Shown here: positions 18,397 through 28,397 of the stretch, one piece after another
Position numbering within the stretch: position 1 is the stretch's first letter
Layout: the number at the start of each line of letters is the position of its first letter
Origin: Candidatus Cloacimonadales bacterium
GTDB lineage: Bacteria > Cloacimonadota > Cloacimonadia > Cloacimonadales > JAFGVF01
Direction of reading: 5' to 3'
Assembly (NCBI GenBank): GCA_963663475.2
Contig: CAXXJV010000001.1
Span: forward strand, 1,152,001 to 1,216,000
DNA: 64,000 nt
The notes under the pieces: generated by a model
Told to the model about the DNA's origin: nothing
Databases searched by the model: none
Seen by the model: the letters and a program-made list of their open reading frames with translations, nothing else
Program-made: the position numbers and the translations under genes

Positions 18397-20688
18397 ATGA
18401 AACGATTGTTTCTTGTTGTGGCTGTATTAGCCATTCTTATTACTGGCGTTTTTGCTAGTCAAAACGACCCTAGAAAAGCGATGACGATTGATCCTATGGG
18501 TAATCAATCTTACAGACCGGACAGTAGGTTTATGCCTACCTACAATTTTGCTATCGAACCTGTAACTATAGTTGATAACTTCTATGACTATTTCCCAGGT
18601 TCATACACTGGAAAACCAATGCAAAGAGTTCAAACTCCTACTTTAGATGGACATTGGTTAATTTTCCATACTAAAACTACTGCAAGTTCTAACCGTAGAG
18701 TCTACAAAACCTTTATCGACAATACTGGTAGTATTCAATCAAACACATCATTTGGTTCAGCAGATATCTGGGAAGGATATCCTGGTTTAGCAGTTACTGA
18801 AGGTGGAAGACCTTTATTCGCTTACCATGTTGACCTTGATGACGAAGCTACTGCTCTTGAAGTTGGATTTGGTTATGATGCTGTAATCGGTGGTGTTGCC
18901 CTTGGTATGCACTCATCTCTTTACCAAATCATCGATAATCCATTAGAAATTGAAGTTAATGGAGTTACTGTTTCCACTAACGAATTTATCTGGCCTTCAG
19001 TACAAGTTGGTCCTTCACCTGTTGCAGGTTCACAACGTGTATATATCATGGCTAAAAATGCTACTGACAATGGTACTGCTATTTCAGAAAACGTTGTTAT
19101 GTATTACAAAGATTTCACAGAAACTGAAATCGAACTTCAATCATTTGATGGTTCAGGTTGGTCATATACTACCATCCCTGAAATGGATGAATGGAACAAT
19201 TCTCAAGGTGAATGGAGAAGACCTTACATGTCATTCATCGTTCATGAAGACAAAGCCTATTACATTGGTTACCACATTGCTTACACTGAATCTGGTGAAG
19301 CTGGAGAACCAATTGATGAAGGTACTTTAACTGTATTCGCATGTGATAACTATGGTGAAGGTGAATGGACAAGACATTCAACTTATGCTAAAATCGATTG
19401 TGAAAATCCAAAACAAATTAATCCTGAAACTGGTGAAATTGTTGCTGGAACTGGTATCTTTGTTGATGATTCAAACGAACCATACGCAGACGAATTCATC
19501 GAAATGGGTATTGGCCAATCAGGTCACTTCAGTTCAAGTGTTGACCATGCAGGTAGAATTCATATTCCTGCTTTCTTCACAGTTCAAAGTACTGAAGGTG
19601 GCTACTGGCCAGATTTCCATACTGTGAAAAACCTTGCTTTTGATACAGCTACTTTAGAATGGACTTTCTCTGAAGTTTATCCACAAGTAGATAATGGTAC
19701 AAATATTCCTAACCCTGCTGCAGACTTCACTAACTATGATGGTGCAAATGGTGGATATAATGACGTAACAGTTTGGAAAAGCTGGGACAAAAACGCTGAT
19801 GGTCTTCATGATCAAGTTCTTGATGATGGTACTTGGGATGGTGAAGATGATGGTGTAACTGCTGCTGATGCTGAATATTGGGGAATCCCTATCAGAGATA
19901 ACATATGGCCTTACATGTATTGGGATTCAGCTGCTGCTGATAATGCTATGATGTTCCATCTTCATACTGCTCACGTTACTAATGCTAACGAACATGGTAT
20001 GATGGCTATGGTTTGGCAATCTGCTCAAAGATCTAAAGATTACAACGAATATCCTGATTCATATCCTGAATTAGCTGACTACCAAAATATGCCTGAATTA
20101 GTTATTTCTGTTTCAGCTGATAATGGTAATCACTGGTCAGAACCTATCTTCTTAAACGGTGTTGATACACCTGAAATGGCTGACGAAATTCCTGAATTCC
20201 CTTACTTAGGTTCAGAAGTTGATTTCATCGGTCTTGATGAAAATGATAATCCTATCGGTCGTGTTCATGTTATGTACTTAGATGATGATACTTATGGTTC
20301 ATCTGTACAAGCAATCGGACAAGCTACTGGTGGAACAATGAAATATATGGCTCTTGACATAGTATTTGTTGATGCTCCTGTTGATAATGAACAAAATGAT
20401 GTTGTTCCTAACATCGCTATGTTAAACCAAAACTACCCTAATCCTTTCAATCCTACTACTACAATTAATTATAATGTAGTAAAATCTGGTGATGTTAAAC
20501 TTAATGTTTATAACGTGAAAGGTCAATTAGTTAAAACTCTTGTTAACTCACCTCAAACTGTTGGTTTAAATTCAGTTGTTTGGAACGGTGATGATAATGC
20601 TGGAAATAAAGTTTCTTCAGGTGTTTACTTCTACAAAGTAGAAAATGCTGGAAGAACTGAAATGAAGAAAATGGTATTAATGAAATAG
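18397..20688 (+). CDS. secreted FlgD-Ig/T9SS-CTD protein of unknown function, paralog A
   Basis: Start moved from 18307 to ATG 18397 (RBS ggagga, signal peptide MKRLFLVV); [14 protein letters not shown]...SSGVYFY...KKMVLMK. Confidence 0.88.
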   Translation: MKRLFLVVAVLAILITGVFASQNDPRKAMTIDPMGNQSYRPDSRFMPTYNFAIEPVTIVDNFYDYFPGSYTGKPMQRVQTPTLDGHWLIFHTKTTASSNRRVYKTFIDNTGSIQSNTSFGSADIWEGYPGLAVTEGGRPLFAYHVDLDDEATALEVGFGYDAVIGGVALGMHSSLYQIIDNPLEIEVNGVTVSTNEFIWPSVQVGPSPVAGSQRVYIMAKNATDNGTAISENVVMYYKDFTETEIELQSFDGSGWSYTTIPEMDEWNNSQGEWRRPYMSFIVHEDKAYYIGYHIAYTESGEAGEPIDEGTLTVFACDNYGEGEWTRHSTYAKIDCENPKQINPETGEIVAGTGIFVDDSNEPYADEFIEMGIGQSGHFSSSVDHAGRIHIPAFFTVQSTEGGYWPDFHTVKNLAFDTATLEWTFSEVYPQVDNGTNIPNPAADFTNYDGANGGYNDVTVWKSWDKNADGLHDQVLDDGTWDGEDDGVTAADAEYWGIPIRDNIWPYMYWDSAAADNAMMFHLHTAHVTNANEHGMMAMVWQSAQRSKDYNEYPDSYPELADYQNMPELVISVSADNGNHWSEPIFLNGVDTPEMADEIPEFPYLGSEVDFIGLDENDNPIGRVHVMYLDDDTYGSSVQAIGQATGGTMKYMALDIVFVDAPVDNEQNDVVPNIAMLNQNYPNPFNPTTTINYNVVKSGDVKLNVYNVKGQLVKTLVNSPQTVGLNSVVWNGDDNAGNKVSSGVYFYKVENAGRTEMKKMVLMK

Positions 20689-20725
20689 TATCATCCGAAA
20701 CTATAGCCTTTTATGGCTTAAATAC

Positions 20726-20753
20726 AAAACCTCGCTTCGGCGAGGTTTTTTTT
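20726..20753 (+). terminator. intrinsic terminator of the TonB/PorV locus
   Basis: cctcgc-ttcg-gcgagg plus T8. Confidence 0.92.
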
Positions 20754-20763
20754 GAACCTCTAA

Positions 20764-20831
20764 ACCCTAAGAATGCAGTAAATCTTTGAGAATATAGTTC
20801 TATTCTCAAAGATCTATTGCATTATTTGGGA
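20764..20831. mobile_element. MITE-like element copy 2 (short palindromic form), TAA on both flanks
   Basis: taa|accctaagaatgcagtaaatctttgagaata...tattctcaaagatctattgcattatttggga|taa. Confidence 0.8.
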
Positions 20832-20874
20832 TAATACATTATTTATCCTTTTATTAAAACCCTTACAGGGTAAT

Positions 20875-21032
20875 ATCTTTGAGCTAGCCATCATTACCCA
20901 GAGTTGCGATACTTTCAGCATCTTACTCTGGGCTAAATTATTTTATCCCTTTCAGGGATATTTGCTGAATCAATATAGTAATGAAATATTCTCATTTTCC
21001 TATATTGATCCCACCAGACTTGAACTTGAGCC
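20875..21032. repeat. ~160-bp repeat, inverted copy of 46320..46476, containing REP-like palindromes
   Basis: Reverse complement aligns by eye with few mismatches to 46320-46476; includes atccctttcagggat and cccagag...ctctggg. Confidence 0.85.
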
Positions 21033-21193
21033 TTAGATATTGACTCATTAGATACTTATTAGTTAAGATATTAAGGCTACATCGAAATTACTTAATCTTT
21101 TAGCTTATTCTAAGAAATAAGGACTTAGAATTTTACTGTTGACTTATATTCAGTTAAAAAATTTAGTGAAAAAAAAGTAGAAAAGTAGGAAAA

Positions 21194-22615
21194 ATGAAAG
21201 ATAAACAAGATCTCACTCAAGGAAATATATTCAGAACAATCACAATGTTATCTTTACCTATAATGGCTCAATCATTCATACAAATGGCTTATAATATGAC
21301 TGATATGCTGTGGATAGGAAGGGTAGGTTCCGGAGCTGTAGCTGCAGTAGGAACTGCTGGCTTTCTTATCTGGTTCTCATTTGCTTTTATTATTATCGCC
21401 AAAATCGGAGCTGAAGTTGGTGTAGCTCAATCTATAGGTAAAAAGGATAGGCTTAAAGCTAGAGATTTTGCTAGGAATGCTTTGCAACTTACTATAATTT
21501 TTGCCTTTATTTATACTCTTGCTCTTGTTACTTTATCAAGAAGTTTAATTGGATTTTTTGATCTAGGTGATCCTCAGGTTGTAGCTGACTCGATTTCTTA
21601 TCTGAAGATTGTGGCATGGGGTATTGTTTTCACATTCATTAATCCAGTACTTTCTGGTATCTACAATGGTATGGGAAATAGTAAAACTCCTTTTTACATC
21701 AATGCTGTTGGGCTAGTTATTAATATAATATTAGATCCAATTTTAATTTTCGTATTTGATTTAGGTGTTGCTGGTGCTGCCTATGCAACAGTTTTTTCTC
21801 AAGCTATCGTAACCTTAATATTTATTCTACTCTTTAGAAGCTCATTAGCTCCTTTTGAAGAATTTCATTTCTTTAAAAAACCAATTCCTAGTGTTATGAG
21901 AGAAATCTTTAAGTTTGGTACTCCTATAGGACTACAATCAGGCTTATTTACTATTTTTGCAACCCTAATAGCTAAAATCATTGCTCAGTGGGGGCCAGTA
22001 CCCATTGCAGTACAAAAAGTAGGCTCACAAATAGAAGCTATATCCTGGATGACTGCTAGTGGATTTTCAACTGCTCTATCTTCATTTGTTGGACAAAACT
22101 ATGGAGCAGATAAATGGGATAGGATTTCCAAAGGTTATTATACTACTATTGCCCTTTCAGGTACTATAGGTATTATGGCCTCTCTCTTACTAATTTTCTT
22201 TGCTGAACCTATCTTCGTGGTCTTCATACCTAATGATCCTGAAGCACTTAGGATTGGAACCGATTACCTTCGCATTCTGGGTTTCTCTCAACTTTTCATG
22301 ACTTTGGAAATTACTTCTCAGGGTGCTTTTAATGGACTAGGAAAAACACTGCCTCCATCTTTAATCAGTATTATTTTTACTGGGGCAAGATTACCCCTAG
22401 CTTTAATCTTATCTGCATCAACCTTACTGGGTCTAAATGGTGTCTGGTGGTCAATTTCTATTAGTAGCATTTTTAAAGGAACTATCTTAGCTGGACTCTT
22501 TATCCTTTTGCTTAAGAGACATCCAGACCCTTGTAAACCAAATCTAATAAATCAAATTATCTTTAAATTTGATAGAAGGGCTTGGCAGGATAAACGGGGC
22601 TTATCTGGTAAATAA
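21194..22615 (+). CDS. MATE family efflux transporter
   Basis: DLTQG, YNMTDMLWIGRVG, G.GNSKTP, LDPILIF, GVAGAAYAT, GQNYGA; multi-TM. Confidence 0.95.
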   Translation: MKDKQDLTQGNIFRTITMLSLPIMAQSFIQMAYNMTDMLWIGRVGSGAVAAVGTAGFLIWFSFAFIIIAKIGAEVGVAQSIGKKDRLKARDFARNALQLTIIFAFIYTLALVTLSRSLIGFFDLGDPQVVADSISYLKIVAWGIVFTFINPVLSGIYNGMGNSKTPFYINAVGLVINIILDPILIFVFDLGVAGAAYATVFSQAIVTLIFILLFRSSLAPFEEFHFFKKPIPSVMREIFKFGTPIGLQSGLFTIFATLIAKIIAQWGPVPIAVQKVGSQIEAISWMTASGFSTALSSFVGQNYGADKWDRISKGYYTTIALSGTIGIMASLLLIFFAEPIFVVFIPNDPEALRIGTDYLRILGFSQLFMTLEITSQGAFNGLGKTLPPSLISIIFTGARLPLALILSASTLLGLNGVWWSISISSIFKGTILAGLFILLLKRHPDPCKPNLINQIIFKFDRRAWQDKRGLSGK

Positions 22616-22681
22616 TCCTAAATAATGCAGTAGACCTTTGTAAATAGCACTATTCGCAAAGTTCTAATGCATTAATCGGGA
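22616..22681. mobile_element. MITE-like element copy 3, abutting the MATE stop codon
   Basis: taa(stop)|tcctaaataatgcagtagacctttg...caaagttctaatgcattaatcggga|taa. Confidence 0.8.
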
Positions 22682-22721
22682 TAAATAATCAGAAAAGTCT
22701 TGTGAACGAGCCTTTACAATA

Positions 22722-23537
22722 TTAACTAAATAGAATTAAACTCGCTGCCATTACTACCATACCTGCTATCAAACCATAGATTGAGAGATGGTGTTTTCCA
22801 TACTTTTCACTAGTAGGAAGTAGTTCATCAAAGGATATATAGACCATAATGCCAGCGACTCCTGCAAAGATTATACCAAAAATTAAATCGTTAAGAAAGG
22901 GCATTAAGACTAAGAAGGCTAAAAGAGCTCCAACTGGTTCAGCTAATCCAGACATAAAGGAATACCAGAAAGACTTCTTCCGACTACCTGTTGCATAATA
23001 GATTGGAACTGATACTGCAATACCTTCTGGTATATTATGAATTGCTATCGCAACAGTAATTCCGATTCCAAGATAAGGATCTTTCAAGGCAGAAGTAAAA
23101 GTAGCTATCCCTTCAGGAAAATTATGGATGGCTATGGCCAAGGCTGACATCAACCCCATCCTCATTAGATTCTTATCTCTGTTTTTGGGAACCATAGATT
23201 CTACTGATTTTATCTCATGCGGATTTTCATATTCTGGTACTAACCTATCAATTAAGGCTATTAAAGCCATACCTCCAAAAAAAGACAGAACAGTTATTAG
23301 ATATGACATCTGGGGTATTGTGCAACATGATGCTAAAGCAGCCTTAGCTTTAGGAAAAATTTCTATCATTGATACATAAATCATAACTCCTGCAGAAAAA
23401 CCTAAAGAAACTGATAAAAAAGTAGTGTTTGTTTTTTTAGCAAATAAGGCTATCAAGGAACCAATACCTGTTGATAGACCAGCAAACATTGTTAAGCTTA
23501 GAGCGAATAAAATAGTCGAAGTTGATACATTTTCCAT
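22722..23537 (-). CDS. zupT: ZIP family zinc transporter
   Basis: [50 protein letters not shown] 23537 preferred (RBS aggag). Confidence 0.95.
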   Translation of the reverse strand: MENVSTSTILFALSLTMFAGLSTGIGSLIALFAKKTNTTFLSVSLGFSAGVMIYVSMIEIFPKAKAALASCCTIPQMSYLITVLSFFGGMALIALIDRLVPEYENPHEIKSVESMVPKNRDKNLMRMGLMSALAIAIHNFPEGIATFTSALKDPYLGIGITVAIAIHNIPEGIAVSVPIYYATGSRKKSFWYSFMSGLAEPVGALLAFLVLMPFLNDLIFGIIFAGVAGIMVYISFDELLPTSEKYGKHHLSIYGLIAGMVVMAASLILFS

Positions 23538-23662
23538 CAAAAAATCTCCTAATTAATTTATTGAAAATATAGCCATGATAAACCTTTTAAGCAAGTTATT
23601 TTCTTTTTTCTTTACATATTTGCCATATTAAAATTTTGGTAAAGAAAAAAAATGAGGGATTA

Positions 23663-24568
23663 ATGGAAAAATTAAAATTATATAGCTTTGCAGTTTTATC
23701 CATGTTGTTTTGGAGCTCTACATTCGTATGGTTCAAAATAGCTTACGAGAATTTTCAACCTTTAACTATAATATTTCTGAGACTATTACTTGCAGGTCTT
23801 CTTCTTGAAGTATATGTAAGAATTTTTAAAAAACATCAAAAAATAAAAAAAGAAGATTTTAAAATATTCCTCTTATTATCATTCTGTGAACCCTTTCTCT
23901 ATTTTTTAGGTGAAAGTTTTGGATTAATGTTCATCTCTGCAACTTTAGGGTCTTTAATAATTTCAACAATACCACTTTTTACTCCAATTTTTACCTATAT
24001 CTTCCTAAAAGAAAAATTAGGTATGTGGGGAATTATTGGCCTTTTAATCTCTTTTGCAGGACTACTTTTTATAATTTTAGATAATGCCGATTTATCAGGC
24101 TCTATCTGGGGAGTATTGCTAGAATTCTTTGCTGTTTTCTCTGGGATAGCCTACGGAATAGTCGTCAAGAAATTAACTCATAAGTATTCTTCTACAACGA
24201 TTGTAAAAGTTCAAAGTCAGCTGGGAGCTCTCTACTTTTTACCCTTATTCTTATTTTTTGATTGGTCTAAATTTATAGCAATTGACCATTCTTTTCAAGT
24301 ATATTTAGTGATAATTAAACTATCACTCTTTGGTTCAGTAGGAGCATTTATTCTTTTTACTGAAGTTGTAAAAGGCATGGGGCCTAATATTGCTAACATG
24401 TTCACTAACCTAATCCCTGTTTTCACCGCTGTGATTGCCTTTTTCTTGTTGGATGAGCTGATTACACCTATAAAGGTTATTGGTATTGTTACTGTTATTA
24501 TAGGACTCTTCATATCCCAATTTAAAGGTAAATATTGGAAGTTTAGATTCCGTCCAGAGAAGGGTTAA
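23663..24568 (+). CDS. DMT/EamA family transporter
   Basis: Multi-TM; FWSSTF, FLRL, LKEK, NLIPVF..FLLDE; ATG 23663 after gaggg preferred over TTG 23636. Confidence 0.9.
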   Translation: MEKLKLYSFAVLSMLFWSSTFVWFKIAYENFQPLTIIFLRLLLAGLLLEVYVRIFKKHQKIKKEDFKIFLLLSFCEPFLYFLGESFGLMFISATLGSLIISTIPLFTPIFTYIFLKEKLGMWGIIGLLISFAGLLFIILDNADLSGSIWGVLLEFFAVFSGIAYGIVVKKLTHKYSSTTIVKVQSQLGALYFLPLFLFFDWSKFIAIDHSFQVYLVIIKLSLFGSVGAFILFTEVVKGMGPNIANMFTNLIPVFTAVIAFFLLDELITPIKVIGIVTVIIGLFISQFKGKYWKFRFRPEKG

Positions 24569-24569
24569 T

Positions 24570-25391
24570 ATGTTATTTCTTATTCTAAGTATTCTGGCCT
24601 CTGTTGCCATAGGAAATTTGCTTCACTTCTACAAAAGTAAAGATTCACAGCTCAAAGTGCTTCAAGTTTTTCTAGGCAACTACTTGGTAGCTAGTATAGT
24701 GTCCTTCCTAATGATTGATAAGATAGATTATCAAATAGCTCCTCTTGATATAGTTTTAGGTGGTATTTTCGGGATAATGTTCTTACTAAACTTCATAATT
24801 TTTCAATCTAATATTGTTAAAAATGGTATGTCAATTAGTATCTCAGTAATGCGAGTATCTGTTCTTGTACCAATTTTGGTATCGATAGTTTTCTTTAAGG
24901 AGAGTCTACCATTATTAAATTATCTTGGAATATTTATTGTCTTATTTGCCTTCGTTTTAATGGGAAAGTCTTCAAGTATAAGACATAAAATTAGCTTGTT
25001 AGTCCTTTTCGCAATTACTGGATTTACTGAAATTGGTATGAAACTTTTTCATGAAATAGCCTCAGCTCCAGACAATCAAATGCTTTTTTATCTATTTACT
25101 TCTGCTTTCCTAGTAAATTTAGCTATCTTGGTTCAAAGAAAAGAAAAGCTTCAACTTAAGTATATTGGGGCAGGTTTATTGTTAGGAATACCTAATCAAC
25201 TCACCTCTTATTTTTTCCTGATAGGTCTAAATAGTGTAGAAGCTGCTATTGCTTATCCCTTTGTCTCATCTAATGTTGTATTACTCGGATTTATAACTGA
25301 TAAATATCTCTGGAAAAGTAGATTTTCCACTTATCAATACATCATATTTGCCTTGATTTTAGTGGGAATAATTTTGATAAATATCAGATAA
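24570..25391 (+). CDS. DMT/EamA-like transporter
   Basis: Multi-TM, two-repeat DMT pattern (NYLVA, FFKE, GIPN, AYP). Confidence 0.8.
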   Translation: MLFLILSILASVAIGNLLHFYKSKDSQLKVLQVFLGNYLVASIVSFLMIDKIDYQIAPLDIVLGGIFGIMFLLNFIIFQSNIVKNGMSISISVMRVSVLVPILVSIVFFKESLPLLNYLGIFIVLFAFVLMGKSSSIRHKISLLVLFAITGFTEIGMKLFHEIASAPDNQMLFYLFTSAFLVNLAILVQRKEKLQLKYIGAGLLLGIPNQLTSYFFLIGLNSVEAAIAYPFVSSNVVLLGFITDKYLWKSRFSTYQYIIFALILVGIILINIR

Positions 25392-25457
25392 TAAGAGTAT
25401 ATATCCTATGTGATAAGCCTATTTAGATTTATAAATTGAAAAAAGTATAAAAAAAGT

Positions 25458-25498
25458 TTGACATAATATCTGCTAAAATTATGTTAGTAATATCTAAC
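25458..25498 (+). promoter_or_regulatory. sigma-70-type promoter with overlapping DtxR/MntR-like operator upstream of feoA
   Basis: TTGACA 25458-25463, TATGTT 25480-25485; palindrome GTTAG-taatat-CTAAC 25483-25498. Confidence 0.55.
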
Positions 25499-25514
25499 TT
25501 ATTAAGAGGTGATT

Positions 25515-25850
25515 ATGAATAGTGAAAAGCAATTATCACTTAAAGATATCCCTATGGGGAATCGGGTCGAAATAGTAGGCTATGCCAATATTGATAAAGA
25601 ATATAGGCAAAAATTATTCAGTTTAGGCTTGATTCGAGGTGAAGTTCTTAGAGTAACCAAGAAAGCACCACTTGGTGACCCTATAGAAGTATGCCTAAAT
25701 GGATCAAAAGTCTCTTTAAGAAAAGAAGAAGCAAAAGAATTAATTGTTGAACTTAGAGAACCTTGTGGAAGAAATGGACACAAGTCTAAACACCATGGCC
25801 ATGGTGGAAAAAGAGGCAGTTTTGGCTGGGGTCGTTTTTTTCATAAATAG
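25515..25850 (+). CDS. feoA: FeoA family protein with Cys/His/Gly-rich C-terminal tail
   Basis: KLFSLGLIRG, APLGDPIEV, SLRKEEA; tail CGRNGHKSKHHGHGGKRG; ATG 25515 preferred over GTG 25509. Confidence 0.9.
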   Translation: MNSEKQLSLKDIPMGNRVEIVGYANIDKEYRQKLFSLGLIRGEVLRVTKKAPLGDPIEVCLNGSKVSLRKEEAKELIVELREPCGRNGHKSKHHGHGGKRGSFGWGRFFHK

Positions 25851-25888
25851 CTGTCTAGAATATTAAATATTATAAAAAAAAACAATAT

Positions 25889-25912
25889 AAAAAGGGCTTT
25901 TGCCCTTTTTTT
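25889..25912 (+). terminator. intrinsic terminator after feoA
   Basis: aaaagggc-tttt-gccctttt plus T-run. Confidence 0.85.
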
Positions 25913-25981
25913 ATGCCAATCTCAAAATAAAATTTGACAATTATACACTAAACAAAAATATAAAATGAATAAAAATATGGG

Positions 25982-26509
25982 ATGTGTATGTCAAAAACTC
26001 AAGAAATTATCAAATTACTAAATTTAGAGAAACACCCTCTAGAAGGGGGATATTATAAAAGAACTTATACTTCTAAGTTTAAAAGTTTCTTTTCTGGCCT
26101 TGGAGAAGAAAGATTCCTTGCTTCAGCTATTTATTATCTTTTTGATGAAAATTTAGTATCTAGACCACATTCCTTAAAACAGGATGAGATTTGGCACTTT
26201 TATAGTGGAAGTCAAATTGAAGTTCTCTTAATATATCCTGATAATATATCTGAAATGGTTACCATGGGCTCAGATATTCTTAGAGGAGATATACCTCAAT
26301 TAATTATCCCTGCTGGAAGCATTTTTTCAGCAAAACTTAAAAAAGGGGGAGATTATGCTCTAATAGGAGCAAGTCTATCTCCAGCCTTTGATTATGAAGA
26401 TTATCAAGATGGAGATATCTTAGATTTGATTAATAAATTTCCCCAACATGGTGACTTTCTTAAAAGTTGCCTACCTAGAAGAGAGGCAAAATATGAAAAA
26501 ACTCTTTAA
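25982..26509 (+). CDS. cupin_5 (DUF985) family protein
   Basis: LEKHPLEGGYY, SAIYYL, H....DEIWHFY.G, PQLIIPAG, PAFDYED. Confidence 0.88.
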   Translation: MCMSKTQEIIKLLNLEKHPLEGGYYKRTYTSKFKSFFSGLGEERFLASAIYYLFDENLVSRPHSLKQDEIWHFYSGSQIEVLLIYPDNISEMVTMGSDILRGDIPQLIIPAGSIFSAKLKKGGDYALIGASLSPAFDYEDYQDGDILDLINKFPQHGDFLKSCLPRREAKYEKTL

Positions 26510-27740
26510 AGATGTAAAAATTAATAATGAAATAAAAGATTTGTTAGTAATAGATAATAAAATTGAAAAAATATCTACTTCAATTCCACAAACTGATTGC
26601 CAAATATATCATGCTGATAAAAAAATAATCCTACCTAGCTTTGCTAATGGTCATACTCATGCCGCTATGACCCTTCTACGAGGTTATGCAGATGACTTAG
26701 ACCTATTCGATTGGTTAAGCAATTATATTTGGCCCTTAGAAGCTAAACTAACAGAAGATCACGTTTATTGGGGAACTCGGCTTGCTTGTTTAGAGATGAT
26801 AAAAACAGGTACTAGTTGCTTTAATGATATGTATTGGCATAGCCAAGCCTCTGCCCAAGCAGTTAAAGATTCTGGAATAAGAGCTATCTTATCACAAGTT
26901 TTTATCGATAACCATAAGCCCCAAGAAAGTAAGAAGCAAATTAAAAAAGCAGAAATCTTTTTCCAAAACAATCAAGATAGTGAGAGAATTCAATATGCCC
27001 TAGGGCCTCATGCTATTTATACTGTTTCAGAAGAATCCTTAGTCTGGATTAAATATTTTGCTCAAAATAATGATAGATTAATCCATATTCATGTAGCTGA
27101 GACAAAAAAGGAAGTAGAGGATTGCCAAGCAAAACATGGTATGACACCTATAGAATATCTTAGTTCCTTAGGTTTGCTGTCTGAGAGAAGTTTGCTTGCC
27201 CACTGTGTCTGGCTTACAGATAGAGATATTGATCTTATTGCAGACTCTGGAGCTAGTATATTACATAATCCTTCTTCTAATCTAAAATTAGCTTCTGGCT
27301 ATTTCCCCCTTAAAAAGCTAAAAGATAAAGGCGTTAGAATTGCTCTTTCTACCGATGGCTGTTCTTCAAATAATAATTTGTCTATTTTAGAAGAGATGAA
27401 GTTTGCAGCCTTAATACCCAAATATCTCGAAATGGACCCTAAACTTTATCCAGCTGATCAGGTTTTTCATGACGCCACTGCCTCTGCTTTTGCCGCTTTG
27501 AGAATTAATGCTGGGAAAATTGAAGAAGGTAAGTTAGCTGATTTTATCTTAATAGATGAAAACTTCTTAATGACTCCTAATTATAATACTATTTCTAATT
27601 TGGTTTATAGTGCTGATTCATCTTGCGTGGATAGTCTGGTTTGTAATGGGAAAGTAATAATGAACAAGAAAAAGGTTAAAGATGAAGAATTAATCTTACA
27701 AAAAGTAAATGAGATTTCTAAAAAACTAACTAATAAATGA
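26493..27740 (+). CDS. mtaD: amidohydrolase, MTA/SAH deaminase-like
   Basis: NGHTHAAMTLLRG, DMY, PHAIYT, HIHVAET, AHCV, HNPSSNLKL, TDG..SNN; ATG 26493 after gagagg. Confidence 0.75.
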   Translation: MKKLFKDVKINNEIKDLLVIDNKIEKISTSIPQTDCQIYHADKKIILPSFANGHTHAAMTLLRGYADDLDLFDWLSNYIWPLEAKLTEDHVYWGTRLACLEMIKTGTSCFNDMYWHSQASAQAVKDSGIRAILSQVFIDNHKPQESKKQIKKAEIFFQNNQDSERIQYALGPHAIYTVSEESLVWIKYFAQNNDRLIHIHVAETKKEVEDCQAKHGMTPIEYLSSLGLLSERSLLAHCVWLTDRDIDLIADSGASILHNPSSNLKLASGYFPLKKLKDKGVRIALSTDGCSSNNNLSILEEMKFAALIPKYLEMDPKLYPADQVFHDATASAFAALRINAGKIEEGKLADFILIDENFLMTPNYNTISNLVYSADSSCVDSLVCNGKVIMNKKKVKDEELILQKVNEISKKLTNK

Positions 27741-27747
27741 GGGAATT

Positions 27748-27960
27748 ATGTCTAAAAGAGTTAAAATTAGTTTAATATCATCTGCAATACTCTACGTAAT
27801 TGTTGTTTTGCTAAGCTTGATATTTCCTGTAATGAGTTTTTATAACAGAAAGATTGACATATTTGTAGTAACTTTTATTTCGTGCCTTGTATTTTATGTT
27901 TTTACCTACCTCTTAATAAGAGGTTTAGAAAAACGAGATGAAAAGAGGAATAAACAATGA
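27748..27960 (+). CDS. small 2-TM hypothetical protein
   Basis: RBS gaggg; two hydrophobic helices; stop overlaps the rpiB start (ATGA). Confidence 0.75.
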   Translation: MSKRVKISLISSAILYVIVVLLSLIFPVMSFYNRKIDIFVVTFISCLVFYVFTYLLIRGLEKRDEKRNKQ

Positions 27961-28397
27961 AAATAATATTAGCTGCTGATCATGGTGGATTCGAATTAAA
28001 AGAGATTATTAAGGAACACTTATCCTCAAATTATGAGATAGTAGATCTAGGAACCCATAATAATGATTCAGTCGATTATCCTGATTATGGGATTAAAGCT
28101 GGCCAAGCTCTTATGGCTGGTCAAGCTGATAAGGCTATAATCTTTTGTGGAACTGGTATCGGAATAAGTATTGCTGCTAATAAAGTCCCTGGTGTGAGAG
28201 CTGCTCTCTGCCACAATGTAGAATATGCTAAACTGTCCAGACAGCATAATGACGCTAATATTCTTGCTCTTGGTGGAAGATTTCTTGCTCCTGATCAAGC
28301 AAAAGATATTGTAAATGCTTGGCTAACCACAGACTTCGAAGGTGATAGACATCAAAAAAGATTAAATAAAATAAACGTATATGAGAGGAAACAATAA
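27957..28397 (+). CDS. rpiB: ribose-5-phosphate isomerase B
   Basis: ADHGG, VDYPDY, CGTGIG.SIAANK, HNDAN, FEGDRH..R. Confidence 0.96.
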   Translation: MKIILAADHGGFELKEIIKEHLSSNYEIVDLGTHNNDSVDYPDYGIKAGQALMAGQADKAIIFCGTGIGISIAANKVPGVRAALCHNVEYAKLSRQHNDANILALGGRFLAPDQAKDIVNAWLTTDFEGDRHQKRLNKINVYERKQ

